Positions 43,307 through 57,395 of a stretch of 64,000 nucleotides of DNA are shown piece after piece. This DNA comes from Octopus vulgaris (lineage: Eukaryota): NCBI GenBank assembly GCA_951406725.2, contig OX597814.1, positions 209,808,001 through 209,872,000 on the forward strand, written 5' to 3'. A model generated the notes under the pieces. It was not told the origin of the DNA, did no database searches, and saw nothing but the letters and a program-made list of their open reading frames with translations. Positions within the stretch are counted from its first letter, which is position 1. Each line of letters starts with the position of its first letter. The translations under genes and the position numbers were made by a program.

Positions 43307-44057
43307 ATAACGTATGCAAAAATGCATACGATATTACTTTATAACCAAATGTGGGTTAATTTGAGATCCTGCAGAAGTCCTTCCATCCTCTGGACTGAAA
43401 GCTTTATGAATTCTCACAATTTCCACGACCACCGCTATCGTTATTCTACATTTGTCGCACATTTACATACGTAGTGAAAGACTCCCAGTCACTAACATAC
43501 AGAGAAATGCACAAACATACACATGTGATACTCGATTATATTCAGGAAGCTATGCTACAACCTTAACTATAGAAAAGTTAGCTGTTTCAGAATTACAAGT
43601 GTGAATGAAGCAATGGCAACAACAACAACAACAACAACAATACCAAGAGCAACATCGGGGAGAAAAAAAAGACATAAATGAGAAACTATATGCGAATGGA
43701 TATGTGGGGGAAAAAAATGAAAAAAAAAAAATAGTCATATAGGAAATGCAACAAACAAATTTAAACAAAAGCAAGCAGAAAAACAATAACATATAATAAG
43801 CTAAAGAGATATTAAATAAATATTTAAAAAATACTGATTCTAAATACAGCGATGAATACTCATCAATCTTGTTTCAGCACGCGTAGATTTTCACACATAA
43901 TTATTGATAGAGTGTTAAAAATAAACCAATTAGTATAGTGATTAAAATGCCTTCGGGTCCTCTCCGCGCCTCTACTAGTTTGGTGGTTAGCGTCTATATC
44001 GTATACTAAATAAAGTGGTTCATGATAATAATAATGATAATAATAATAATAATAATG

Positions 44058-44110
<53 letters not shown>

Positions 44111-44113
<3 letters not shown>

Positions 44114-44363
44114 CAATTCCTATCATAGTAGGTGCATTAGGCATGATAAAAAAATATTCAGACAAATACATAACAAAAACACCAGGACTTACAAACATAT
44201 ATAACATACAGAAAATTGCACTACTAGGTACTACACACATCCTACGCAGAACACTTTCCATACAATAACCATCAGAGCATCACAACAAATCACAGCACGT
44301 ACCCAAGGCACACAGAGCTGCGCTCGGTAGTGAAGTGAAAGCACGCTATAAAAAATAAAACTA

Positions 44364-44368
<5 letters not shown>
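44111..44368 (+). mobile_element. 3' fragment of the same R4/Dong family as 18829-22883, in (TAA)n
   Basis: Nearly identical to 22668-22883 (TIPIIVGALGMIKKYSDKYITKTPGLTNIYNIQKIALLGT.HILRRTLSI + 3' UTR); (AAT)n on both sides. Confidence 0.95.
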
Positions 44369-44407
<39 letters not shown>

Positions 44408-44424
44408 TGATGATGATGATAATG

Positions 44425-44800
44425 GATTCATATTTTGGCGCAATGTCAGCCGTTTTTTGGAAGGTGTAGGAGAGGGGGAAGTCGATTACATTAATTCCTT
44501 TGTTCATCTGGTATTTATTTTATCGAACGCAAAATAATGAATGGTAAAGTTGAATTCAGTAGCTTCTGAACACTCAACGTATAAAGCTGAAATTTTCCCG
44601 AAATGTTATAAATGCGGATAGCTTGTTGTCTTCATAACAATTTATCCTAATGTTGGCACAAGATCAGCCGTTTCGAGGGCTCCTGTAAGTCGATTGCATT
44701 GAAGTCATTGGACATTTGTTCTTATTTTAAACTCTGAACGTAAAGAGGCAGAAGAAATGCCGCTAAGCATTTTGTTCGACGAACTTGCCAGCTCACCACT
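44425..44800 (-). mobile_element. Two degraded SINE family C fragments
   Basis: AAGTCGATTACAT..TATTTTATCGA at about 44480-44525 and AAGTCGATTGCAT..AAATGCCGCTAAGCATTT..TGCCAGCTCACC at about 44687-44797. Confidence 0.6.
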
Positions 44801-46457
44801 TCGGTTTCAATTTCTGGTGTGTAGATAACATGAGAGAAATTAGCTTCCACTAGCTGAAGCTACTAGTCAGTGAAATGGCTATTTTTGGATGTAGTCCAAG
44901 ATAACTTTGTGTCAACCATGTTTTCCTAAATATTGAATATGTATTAAGTTTTGAACCTGAGTATTTAAGAGTCATCTTGGTTAAAATATATTCTGATTCT
45001 AAGGAATTCAAGTCCTCAAGATGCATCGTCGCTATGGTGATTATGAGTTTTGAATATAAAATTATTGAGTAAGTTATTGCTTACTATATATATTGCCTAC
45101 TATATATATTAATACTATATAAATATGAAGAAAGAATGATATAGAACATAAGTAGTTACACACACATATACACGCACACCACATATAAACGTACTTACGC
45201 ATGCACACACACATACATCCATCCATATACACATACACGCACATGAAAGCATAGGCGTAGTTATATATTAGGAGATAGGGTGCGCACAAAATATTTAGAT
45301 GCGGAGTGTCTTAGATATACCAACAGCAATCGACAATCTGATCATTGTTCCCATCAACCTAACAAGACAATAAGCTACTTGTTTTATGACATATATAGTT
45401 TCACTTTCATTATCACTGGCACACTTTCAACGACCTCTTGTAATATGTTCTGATAAAGTTCCGCTGAAGAATAAATTCAAAAGACAGACAACATAAAACC
45501 CGTTACAAAATCAATAGTTTACTGTGTACGGCTCCCGTATAGTTCTAACACACTGGCTCAGGAAGAAAACTCTTTCAACAGTAACTGTAAAACTATTCGA
45601 ATGGGAATTAAATCAATAAAAAAAATGACATTATAGCGTATGTGTCAGCCACAAACGTTCAGTATTATTTTTAAAGAAGATAATTCCCACTGTCATTTTA
45701 TATTTTTCAAAAAGTCACACTGGTTCACAACATTGATACTTATTTATGATATTTCACTTTATATTCAACAAAAAAATCGTTAATTTGAAGGATTATTTCC
45801 AAATATTCACGGTGGAAAGCTATCTATATTACTTAGTTTAAATCGGCGTAGATACATTACATACGAGACTGGTGCTTTGTTACTCAACAACATTTGAGAA
45901 TCCTAAATAATTTTATGGCATTTTGAATTATTTGAGAGATGTAATGGAATGTATCATGCCTTTATTCCGATATGGCAGTGTAATTACAACAATTCTTTCA
46001 TTTTATCTCCTGAAGGTCATATGCCTTATGTTTTGGTAGACAGAGCGGCGATGTCTCTGAAGTAAATTTGTGCAAAAGCTGTAAGTGAATCAAGAGATTT
46101 TCAAGCTGGAACAAAACGATCGCAGACCAACAGAATGGGAACTTATCTATTCCTCGGTAGAACTCGCTAAAATTATTTCCTTAATGTTACTCATAGAGAA
46201 TATTTCAATAAATAAATTTCTCTAAATAAAGAGAAGTGCTTTGAATCTAGACAAACATAATGTTTCGATTTCTTTCAGTTTGGTTTCGGTTTGTCCTTAA
46301 TAATAACTTTTGTAGTGTCAGTAAGGGTTTTGTGTAACGAACTATGAGAGGAAGTGTAAGTTGTTTGCGGTGGGATCATTACTTTCTATACAGGGCTTGT
46401 TCTGTAACCTGGATATTGTTTCTCACATTTTTTCTATACTTTAGTTAATATAACATA

Positions 46458-46841
46458 CTAGCAGTATCGCCCGGCGTTGCTCGGGTTTGTAAGGGAAATA
46501 ACTATATAAGCATTTTTAGAGAGTTATAGCCAAAAAATAGCAAACAAATGCATTAAAAATGGAAATAAAATTATGGTAAATTTTTTTTAAATCGTTGACT
46601 CATCGTAGACATTTTTAGAGAGTTACTTCCCTTATATAATAGCGAAAAAATGCATTAAAATGGAAAAAAATGATGGTAAATTATTTTTAAAATCGTAGAC
46701 TCATCGTATCCCAGAAGGGCTCGATATGAATCACGACTATAAGATACCCGCTTTTGGTTACACTGCACCGCAAAATGTGGGAGTAGTTAGGAATCTAAAT
46801 CGTAGGAGACAGACACACAACTTCACTTTTATATATAAAGA
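46458..46841 (-). mobile_element. Short non-autonomous Helitron
   Basis: The minus strand starts A|TCTTTATATATAAAAGTG and ends CCCGAGCAACGCCGGG-CGATACTG-CTAG|T; internal ~100-bp tandem duplication; no TSD. Confidence 0.88.
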
Positions 46842-47723
46842 TATGGCTAAATGTATCATTCCTTGAAGAAAATATCTTACGTCTAATTGGAAGAAATAAA
46901 TCTTTCGACAGGTGTGGCGAGCGCCGGAACGCTAGATTTGTACCTAAATATCTAATTTTGATTTCAGGTAAAATAGCTTATAACTATTGATGTCGCCTCT
47001 TTAAAGTAAAAAGAATGTATTTCACCACTGAAAGACTCCAGTTAAATCCAGTTTACAAACATGATGGACTCTCACCCTATTTCCTGCATTAATCAATTGG
47101 CAACAGAAAAGACAAAAGGAGTTAAAATCAAAATATTCTGTTACCGCAATTTAGAAAAAGTTGTAAAAAATTATTTGGATGTAAAGAAAACCTGGTTTCT
47201 GGAAAGAGTGACAATGTCCAACGAAATAATAGTTTATGTTCATTATATCACGTTATTGAGGGCGCTGTATGACAAAGTTGAGAACGCGAAGCATTGAAAT
47301 TATTGCTTTATATTTTGAGTTCAACTCCTATCAGAATTGATATAATTGACTATAATATCTACACAATGTTGATGTCCTGCTAAAATAAAAGAACACGATT
47401 CTATGTTATCAGGATTAAACATCACACAGTATGACTAAAAGGGAACTAAATATTTTATATTTTATATTTTGATGAACGATATTTTTAACTTCAAATCTCA
47501 TCGGGACGAATTTTTCTCTTGAATTCTGCGACGATTGAATAATTTCCAATAATTGTGTCTGTAAAACAAGACACAAGCCCTCCAATTCTAAGAGAAGACG
47601 GTCAGCCGATACAATTGAATGTAAAGTTGATCCCGATGCTAATTACAGCTAGAAGAAACATCGTTGAGAACTTTGTGTGACGACCTAACAATTTTGCCAT
47701 GGCACTTCCCTTAAGTAATTTCA

Positions 47724-47780
<57 letters not shown>

Positions 47781-47782
<2 letters not shown>

Positions 47783-48142
47783 TTTTGTTTCAGTCATTTG
47801 ACTGCGGTTATGCGGCAGCACCACCTTTAGTCGAAGAAATCGACCCCAAAACTTCTTTGTAAGCCTAGTACTTATTTTATCGATCTCTTTTGCCGAACCG
47901 CTAAGTTACAGGAGCGTAAACATGCCAACATCGGTTGCCAAGCGATGTTGAGGGCTCAAACACAGGCACACAAGCATATAGATAAATATGTATATTCGAC
48001 GGGCTTCTTTCAGTTTTCGTCTACCAAACCCACTCACGAGGCTACAGTAGAAAATAATTGCCCAAGGTCCAACGAAGTGGGACTGAACCCGGAGCCATAT
48101 GGTTGGTAAGCAAGCTACTTACCACACAGTCACTCCTGCATC
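47781..48142 (-). mobile_element. SINE family B between (TAC)n and (TAA)n
   Basis: Minus strand reads GCAGGAGTGACTGTGTGGTAAGTAGCTTGCTTACCAACC..GGTTCAGTCCCAC; tail GGTGGTGCTGCCGCATAACCGCAGTCAAATGACTGAAAC. Confidence 0.85.
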
Positions 48143-48183
<41 letters not shown>

Positions 48184-48269
48184 TTAACAATAATAATAAT
48201 ATGAAATAACAGAACGGACTTATCTAAAAATAGTAATTTAAAAAAGTGTACTGTGTTGCATTATACAAC

Positions 48270-48730
48270 TTAGATAACTTAGATTGGTTTCGGACATTAT
48301 CGTCCAAGGCCATGACTACCATAATAGAACCAACTTTGAAAAGTATTTTAGTTAATTATTTCGGGACACAATGGACCATTCAAGCAGAGAGTTGTTGTTG
48401 GTTGAGACGTATCCAGATGTAAGTGGTTTATCCGGTATTTCCTGGAGGAATTTGTCCAGGCACAGTTTTAAAGTTGTGAGGTTTTGCTGTGAAGAAATTG
48501 TGTCACAATGTTCTTATGTGATCTCGACCTTTGGAGGGGACGCATCACATGGGATCCTAGTTTTGGGTGAATTGCAAACATAATACCTATATAATTTGAA
48601 GAATATTGGTGGCATATTTTCCACATGGTGCAAATAATATATCACTAATCAATGTGTGTTCTTATTCGTACAACTATACAGAGGCATTAGTCATTCTGAT
48701 TTAACATTGAGCCATTGCATGTCGTTCAAC
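48270..48730 (-). mobile_element. 3' end of a CR1-group LINE, relative of 11990-12392
   Basis: YIICTMWKICHQY..IGIMFAIHPKLG..LDKFLQEIPDKPLTSGYVSTNNNSLLEW; 3' UTR CATGGCCTTGGACGATAATGTCCGAAAC. Confidence 0.82.
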
Positions 48731-50997
48731 ATAAAAAAGGGAGGACATTTTCGAACATGCACGTTGAAAATTAGGGAATCTCGACACAGTTAATTAACTT
48801 TAGCATCTAAAAATCTTTACTATTTAAAAGATAAAGACACAGAATACAAATAGTTAATACACTCTTTGTTGCCTTTCATAACATGTCTAAACACGTAGGA
48901 TTGATCTAAGTCTAAACAGTAAGAACAATAAGGACCGAATTCCCGTACAGTGAAGATTGTTATTCCATGCGAACATAGTTTTTAGTAGTGTTTTCACGCC
49001 ACATATATAATTCATCGTTCCTTTTAAAAGATAAACGTAAAAAAGATCGTTCTTTCATGTGTTGTTAAGAAAGAAATGAAGTTTATAAGAATACTGCTGA
49101 AATGAAAGGAAAATGTATATCTGTTTGTTTATTCTAACACTATTTATCATCAAATGCTAGTCATTTTATTGGTACTGTTAAAGAGAGGAAGACATTTTAG
49201 ATACCAGAATGTTTCAGATAAAGAAAAAGAAAGAAATATTGAACTCCAGATTTTGTTCCAGTTGATGTATGTGCGGACGAAAGGAAGGGAAAAGACAAAC
49301 TAATTCTAAGATAAAGTAAAAGTGGATAAGAGAAAAAGAAAAAATACATTTGCTTAAAAGAGAATATGAGAATATGTACGTGTAAGCGAGGCCATAAAAA
49401 CGAAGAGAGAATAAATAACAAATGCAAAAAATAGGGAATATATGCGGGAAATAATGAATGGGAGGGAGAAAGGGGAAGAAAGGTGAGGTAAGAAGAAATA
49501 CAGAAAACGAAAGAATACAAGATAACTATGACAAAAGAAAATGTAAAGAAACAAAAGTAAAGTGTAGAAGAAATTTAGCCAAAGGTGATGTGTTAATTAT
49601 GAGTCGTGTTTTGATTTATCGAGTCACAGTTATTTTTACCCAAATAATAAATTGCAGTTGGTTCATTGGTAAAAGGAATGACATAAAATGAAAATAAATA
49701 CATAAATATGTTTATCGGGTTTTAATTAATGGGAAAATCAATAGTACTATGAATATAAATTCACTTAAATAATTTAAAGCGATATCGCGAAACATTCAAT
49801 CTGCAGGACGTTCGCATTTGAAGTCATTGATTTAGCAATTCCGTTGTTATAAACAACAACATAAATAACAACAAGAATAGGGTAATAACACTTTGGTATT
49901 CAAGAAGGCTGCATTTTGTTTTTTAGAATTTTAATACTAACTTCCAGCAATCTATCGTAAATATTAAAAAGGCATACTACAGAAAATAACATTAATTCAA
50001 AACGTAAAAAAAAATACGTTTGAATCATTGTTATCTATCTGCTTTGTAATGAAGTAAGGTTTTTCATATTATCAGAATAAAGATAAGGTTTCGCCTGTAA
50101 CTTCGTAAACACGGATAAGTGAAATAACTAGTTTAATACTTGCAGAGGCACTTTTGAAATCTGTCCCGTAAATAGATAAAGCAGTAAAATAATAAAAGTT
50201 TGCTTTAATAAAAGATGGTTGAGAATATCAATGCATTACTGACGCCATGTACAAATTGTCAGGTATAAATATGAATATGTATGCGAAGAAGCGGATTCAC
50301 TCTTTTGTTTGGTGGATGTTACGAAAGTTTTCTCAAATATCAATGTTTGAAGTGGTATGTGATCTGATTAAAAGACATAGCCAATGTACACTGCATGGTA
50401 GAAGGCTCCGGTGTTGTCTTATGAATAAATCGATTACAGGACATATTTATCGAAAATGTTTCTATTGCAGGATACAATTTTGTGCATTCTGGATGTTCAG
50501 TAAAGTTCTAAAAATTCCCTTATTTACTGTTATTCTGCCAGGAATGATGAAATAATTATCAACAATAAACTAAACATGTATACAATTTGCTCTGAAAAAT
50601 CGTCGTTGTCAAGAAAATTATTATGATAAATCCTCACATGTCAGGCAAAATAAAAAGAAGAAAAACTGAGTTATGAAATAGCAAACTTCAATTAACCGCT
50701 GTTGAAATCTGACTTAAAGCAGATTCCAGAGCAGAGGCACGGACGCACATTGTCAATGGTTCTATAACTCGCTTAATCTTCATTTACTATCTATGCTTAC
50801 TGTCTGAGCAAAATATAAACCACTATCAGTATATATATTTATATTGTGGCTGTTAATATGCCGTAGCATATTCAGAGAATGAAACCTGAGGCAAGTCTTC
50901 GAAACGCGGTAGCAACCTTATAATTACCTAATTAACTGCGATATATACAAACACATGGACACATACACACCCACAAATACATATATACATACATGTA

Positions 50998-51288
50998 TGA
51001 GCAAGGTCGTTGCCAGTGCCGCTGGACTGGCTTCTGTGCAGGTGGCACATAAAAAGCACCATTTAAGCGTGGCCGCTGCCATTACCGCCTGACTGGCCCT
51101 CGTGCTGGTGGCACGAAAAAGCATCCACTACACTCTCGGAGTGGTTGGCGTTAGGAAGGGCATCCAGCTGTAGAAACGTGCCAGATCAGATTGGAGTCTG
51201 GTGCAGCCATCTGGTTCGCCAGACCTCAGTCAAATCGTCCAACCCATGCTAGCATGGAAAGTGGACGTTACACGATGATGATGATGAT
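50998..51288 (+). mobile_element. 3' half of a SINE with internal ~58-bp tandem units and a (GAT)n tail
   Basis: Two units of G.CG.TGCCA.T.CCGC..GACTGGC....GTGC.GGTGGCAC..AAAAGCA; then GGTTGGCGTTAGGAAGGGCATCCAGC; ends GGACGTTACACGATGATGATG. Confidence 0.75.
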
Positions 51289-53880
51289 ATATATAATTAT
51301 ACACATAGGTTTGTGAATGGGCATTTTTCCATGACAAGCACATAAGTTTGTGCCTGAGGAGTGTTAAATACTTGTAATCTTTTAACGCAGCTTATTCATG
51401 TGAGTACACAACATTCAACTATTTTGCTTTGATTATCCCAACATCTTCTCTTCCTATGTTGGAACACAGATATGTCAATATTTTGTGATCTTTACTTTTT
51501 CATCTGGTTCTCTTTCCCTTCAAAATGTAATCGGCCTTTATAAAAGGAATGACAGAGTTATTGCTACACGTATTTCATCATTTTGTACCCATGCTTCGTT
51601 GTGAATCTTCCACTCGTTAAGTATGTCAGATTTATTGACCATTCATATAAAAAATAAATATATTTATTTCAGTATATTATGACGTGCAGGATACTGCTAG
51701 AATACGTATCCTTGCTGGTTTCATCCCAGATTTGAAATTTCAAGTTTTACTCCTTATTTTCCAGACTTGCCGTTCAGAATTTAAAATATTGTGATGATGT
51801 CGGTATAAATCCTATTCTTGCAGGATTTATTTAGTTTTTGCGTCCAACCTCTGGTTGGAAGCATCATTGGTGGCAGTATGCAGAAGAAGCACTCGGCACT
51901 GAAGTGTTAGTGAAACAAAAACGTCACTGCAGATACACAACATACAAATATATATTTTATCCAGCCTACAATCCAAACCTGAATACATTTACTGATTCGG
52001 TTACAATCATTACCAAGTTGAATGCCAATAGATTTTATGGTCTAGCTTCAGCTATATCTCAAAGTCACTCGTATGTGATTGGGCAACTGAACTGAAATGC
52101 CCGTCGATTACAGTCTAGCAAAATGTACAATAATTTCCTAGGTTTATATCAATAGATAGCATTCCATATATGAAGATAATTTAGTGAACTTAGGATTAAG
52201 ACGGAGTCGTTTCCCGGCTACGCAGAAGTTTTGTGTGCCCTGGTCGTGGTAAGTTGTGCAGAATTGTTGAGAATAAGCTATATTCTCTCGATTATTCCAA
52301 TGACAACGCCTGCAAAGAGAGGTTATATGCGGAGGCCAATCGATTGGAATTTTTTCTATATTTATAAATGCCAGTATAGTTAAGACACAATTAATATATC
52401 TGAGACAAACAGTCCATGAATTTAATTTCATTTTTCATTGTAAGAGCAAAGCTATTTCCTTAACCTCACAGTTTCGTTTTCAGTTACTGTTATGTTATAT
52501 CATTTTCCTAATACGCCTGGTAAATGATGGGAACTCGAAATGTTCAATTTCCTTCTTGCTAAAATAAATAGCCATTGAACAAATCAAATAACTCCAGCTT
52601 TAAAGCACAAAAACGTACAGAAATAAAATATAATTAAATTGGATTAAATATACAAGGAAGTATAATGATATTTAAGTAAAAGAACAAAGATCAAGCTCTC
52701 GGTAAGTCGCCACTATGTCATTGTTTCAATTCTTATTTAAATCTATTTCGAATAAAAATCAAGTAAAGGAACAAAAGCCAAAACATCTCATTTGTCTAAT
52801 ACTGCAAAAACAGACAGCCATTGTGCTTGGTAAACACTCAATAATGATATCTGTAGCTAAGGTATCGATTCGCATGTTGCAGCGAAGGTTTGTATGCAGC
52901 ATGATGCAAATAATAATAGTTGAACAGAAGCTAAAGAAGTTTCACTTCACAATAATGTGAGAGAGAATTAGAGAATACAAATAATGACACCATATAAATA
53001 AAATCTGTGCCGGTAGTGTGCTGAGTTGCCAGCTAAAAGGCAGACGTTACACAATATCAGTTTGTTATACGATCTAGTCGGACGGAAGCGGTAGACTAGG
53101 AAGTTATCAGAGGAGAGACATTAAGTTTTTGGACAGTATTTCGTTGCTCCAAAAGTGTTGCTTCCAAACATTCCCCGGGTAACTGTTAGAAGAAATTAAC
53201 GTCCTAGGAAAGAGAAAACGTGATTTCCAGTTAAAATATTTGAGATCCCAAATGAGATCTAGTTACTCTCAAACAGTACCATTTTATTCTTTAGGAATAT
53301 GACACAGATCAGATTTCTAAAGTAGCGACCAAAACATATACTTACATACACACCGACACTCACATGCACATACATTTACATAAATATATGTAAATTCTTG
53401 CACACACAAAAATATTAATACTTTTTTCCCAAAATGCATTAAATAAGGGAGGAAGAGACGGTAAATAAAGGGGGAAGAGATCCACTAAATAATCAAAACT
53501 GTGATCAAGAGACATTAACAGAGTTTCTGTGTGGTTATATAACCAGTGGAAAAAGCAACAAAACAAATATCAGTTTAACATGAGCCATAATGAACTGCAT
53601 TCATGAAAAATATCAAATATTATTAGAATGGTTCGTTGCAGTCACTGTTTTCCTTTTTAGTTGTTTTCAGTTTGTAATTATTTTTTAAATCAAGAGTAAC
53701 TGTTTTGAAATCCTAAATTGTTAGATGAAAATATGCGCATGTAAATAAAACATGTGAACCGAATGTAATGCTTTCAAAAAGATCAAACAGCCTCAAAAAG
53801 AAACAATGTTACAGTAGGTAGATGAGCAAGTGATATAATGGGACATGTACATATGCACAAATATACCGCTGTTCATGTTT

Positions 53881-53930
<50 letters not shown>

Positions 53931-53947
53931 ATGTATATATGTATATG

Positions 53948-53988
<41 letters not shown>

Positions 53989-54131
53989 AATATACATGCA
54001 TATCTATATACATACACACATTCATATACATATATTGTTGTATATAACAAAATTTGAATTGTTACCTTAAAAATATTTAACGATCGTTGATATTTGGATA
54101 ATTACGTGTATATGTATGTATATACATATAC

Positions 54132-54194
<63 letters not shown>

Positions 54195-54666
54195 CATACA
54201 TATATACATAAATATATATATATATGTATGTATGTCTCCTTTGTATATTTGCATGGAGAGTTTGTACATAAATATATATTGACTACGAACTATAAATATT
54301 AAGTGAATATTTAATGTGAATCAGAAAGGGATAGAGAAGTAGAAAATAAATGATAGAAAAAATAGATAAGTAGAAATGTATAATGCTATAGATACAGAAG
54401 TTATAAAAGGATCGACACAAAAAATAAATGGGATTATATTATTAGGAAGAAAATGAAGGATATTTCATATGGCAATAAATAGCTAAATGGCATTGCAGCA
54501 TGGGATATTATGTGTTTAAAGGAGACAAAGTTAGATAGATTAGTATTGTTAATGGGGAAAAATAGATGTACAGATATGTATTAAAACAAGATGGTGCGAT
54601 GGGAAAAATGTGGAAAAATAAAGGGAAGGATGATCAGAATGAGAGAGAAATGCAAAGGTGGAGAGT

Positions 54667-54703
<37 letters not shown>

Positions 54704-55098
54704 AAAGAGAGAGAGGGAGAGAGGAAGAGAAGAAGATATATACAGAGAAAGATGCAAAAACACAGAGGAATGTATCAAGAGTAAGTGAAGGAACCAGTGA
54801 TAGGTTGAAATATGTGTGCGTACATTTCGACATAACTTTATGATTGATATTTGAACAACAGATTAACTGTAAGGAGGAAAAAAGTGTGTGTGTGTGGGGG
54901 GATTGATAAGTAAATAGAGTGCGTGATCAAGAACGTGAGTGAGCAAAGAGCTTGTAGATGTGAGAAAGAGAGAATGGTATAACTACGCACACAGACACCG
55001 ACGCACATACATAGACATATAATACATAAACACACACACACACACACGTATGTTTATATATATATGTATGTGTATATATATATACATGGATATATATC

Positions 55099-55135
<37 letters not shown>

Positions 55136-55199
55136 TATATTAATAATATATTATATATCATATAAATAATATAATAATAATATATTATATATCATATAA

Positions 55200-55329
<130 letters not shown>

Positions 55330-55343
55330 TATCCTTGGATGGG

Positions 55344-55687
55344 ATTTATAAACATTTAATCTATCGCTACGCGCGTTTCCACAACTCAAGTCTCTTAACA
55401 TCACAGTCCGTATTCCTGAAATGATTACAGTGTAGTCCGCAATATCCGTATTCCTGAAATGATTACAGTGTAGTCCGCAATATCCGTGTGCATCGAGTTC
55501 ACCATCTTCCTGGATTCATTTCTTCGGGTGATATAACATTAATGGATGTACAACAGTATGAAGGTTTAGCCTGATATCCAAAGATGCTGCCGATTACACC
55601 GTAATCACCTTAGGAATACGGGTTGTGATATTAAGAGACATGTGATTTGTGGAAACGTGCGTAGTGATGCATTAAATGTTTATGAAT
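55344..55687. mobile_element. Inverted-repeat element (~100-bp arms) carrying hammerhead 3' halves
   Basis: 55344-55445 and about 55585-55687 are reverse complements. GAAAC-GTGC-GTA at 55652-55663 (+) and GAAAC-GCGC-GTA at about 55368-55379 (-). Exact 38-bp tandem duplication at 55407-55482. Confidence 0.75.
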
Positions 55688-55956
55688 TGCAACAAATGAT
55701 TATTGTTATTAACATTATTATATTTATCGTACATCATAACGGTAAAGATCTATGGAACTTCAAAAAACTGGTTCACTATTTACATCACTATACTGTGTCT
55801 ACCATAATTGAAAAGGAGCTATTTTCAAAACGTTTCCCGGAAACAAATTTAATACATACATACACACACACACACACATACATACATACATGCATACATA
55901 CATACATGCATACATACATATATGTGTGTGTGTGTATATTTTCTATATACATATAC

Positions 55957-56023
<67 letters not shown>

Positions 56024-56149
56024 CCGAAATTGCGAGGATAATCTGGCGCTTGACTGAGGATAGATGGCTTCGAATGCCTCATCCTTGTTGTTTTTTGTCC
56101 CATTTTGGTTCACCTAGCTGTCCATATGTTTTGTGTTCTCGTCCCATTT

Positions 56150-56191
<42 letters not shown>

Positions 56192-56594
56192 TAAATTAGA
56201 GATAATTCCACTATTAGGCAAATCAAACAGTGAAAATCATAAGCCAATACATAGAAATAAAATTAAATTAAAAAATATAAAAGTTGAAATTTAAAAATTA
56301 TTTAAATAATAAATAATTTAAACTTATAAATTTTAAATATATATATATATATATTTATGTATATTTTTATATTATTTTATTTATTTATTTATTTATTTAT
56401 TTTTTTAATTATATAAATATCAAAAAGTATTAAAAGTTTAATAAAAGATAAAGAATATATATATATATATATATATGTGTGTGTATGTATTCATATATAC
56501 AAACATATATATGCATTACATATAGTTTGCTGTTTTGTAATTTAAGGTTAACAAAAAATATGCTGCAGCTAATGAGAGATAAATATCATTTACT

Positions 56595-57395
56595 GTATTC
56601 ACCACAGACATAGAAGCTGCAACTATTTTCTTGCTTTGGAGACGCGTGTTTAGGCATGTTTTTATAAAACGCCTTGTATCTTGAAGCATAATCTCATGCT
56701 CTACTCAACCGAAAATCAAGACACTTGTGCATGAGAAATCAGGAGAAAAAGGGGAAATAATGTTGATAGGAAAAGTGTCAACGTGAATAAAAGCAGAAAA
56801 ACAGTAAGAAAATTAGAGCTACATTCCGTGTGACCGTAAAAGCCATATTTAGATAATTTTCCTATATTCTTGCATTTCCTGAAAGTTTTAGATCAAGAAT
56901 TGAGTATCTGGTACAACCAAGTGGAGGGAGAATCGGAAGGAAATCTATACCGTATATAAATGGATCTAAGAAATGCAACTTTGGCATTGCTGAAAGGTCA
57001 CACATTATATATAGATTTAAGAATTCCACGGCACTATTTAATCAAAATCCGAAATTTGCGGTAAATACAAGTAAATAGACAAAAAGTTTGTGTCTTTTGG
57101 TCATCTGGATAGAGCAGCTGTCTCGCAGGCTTTGGGCCCATTGCGTTGAATTATTCTACAAAAGCTATAATAATTATGGTTTTTACAGCAAAATAGATGT
57201 AATTCTTTTCCGTTTTTCCCACTTTTTCACTTGATTTCTCATGCACAAGCATCCTGACTCTCCAAATGAATAGACCGTGTGTCCAGAGCCTTGAGTCTGC
57301 TTGGAGACTCAAGGCACATTTTAAAATGTTGATTGAACACGAAACTCTTAGAGCAAGAAACTTTTAGTAGATGTAGCTCGTATCTCTTTACTGTG
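56595..57395. mobile_element. Old MITE-like element with ~170-190-bp degenerate inverted repeats
   Basis: CTTGTGCATGAGAAATCA (56724-56741) is the exact reverse complement of 57232-57249. Similarity extends outwards (GCCTTG, CGTGTT, TTTCTTGCT, AGCT). Confidence 0.65.

Noticed and set aside
50247-50555. Possible hAT transposase remnant (HSQCTLH resembling HCxxH)
   Set aside because: A single weak motif with no supporting DDE-region motifs or TIRs.
55407-55482. 38-bp direct repeat, and the 41740-41975 and 22884-23250 arrays, as a CRISPR-like array
   Set aside because: The copies are adjacent or separated only by microsatellite; there are no unique spacers and no cas genes, and the context is eukaryotic.
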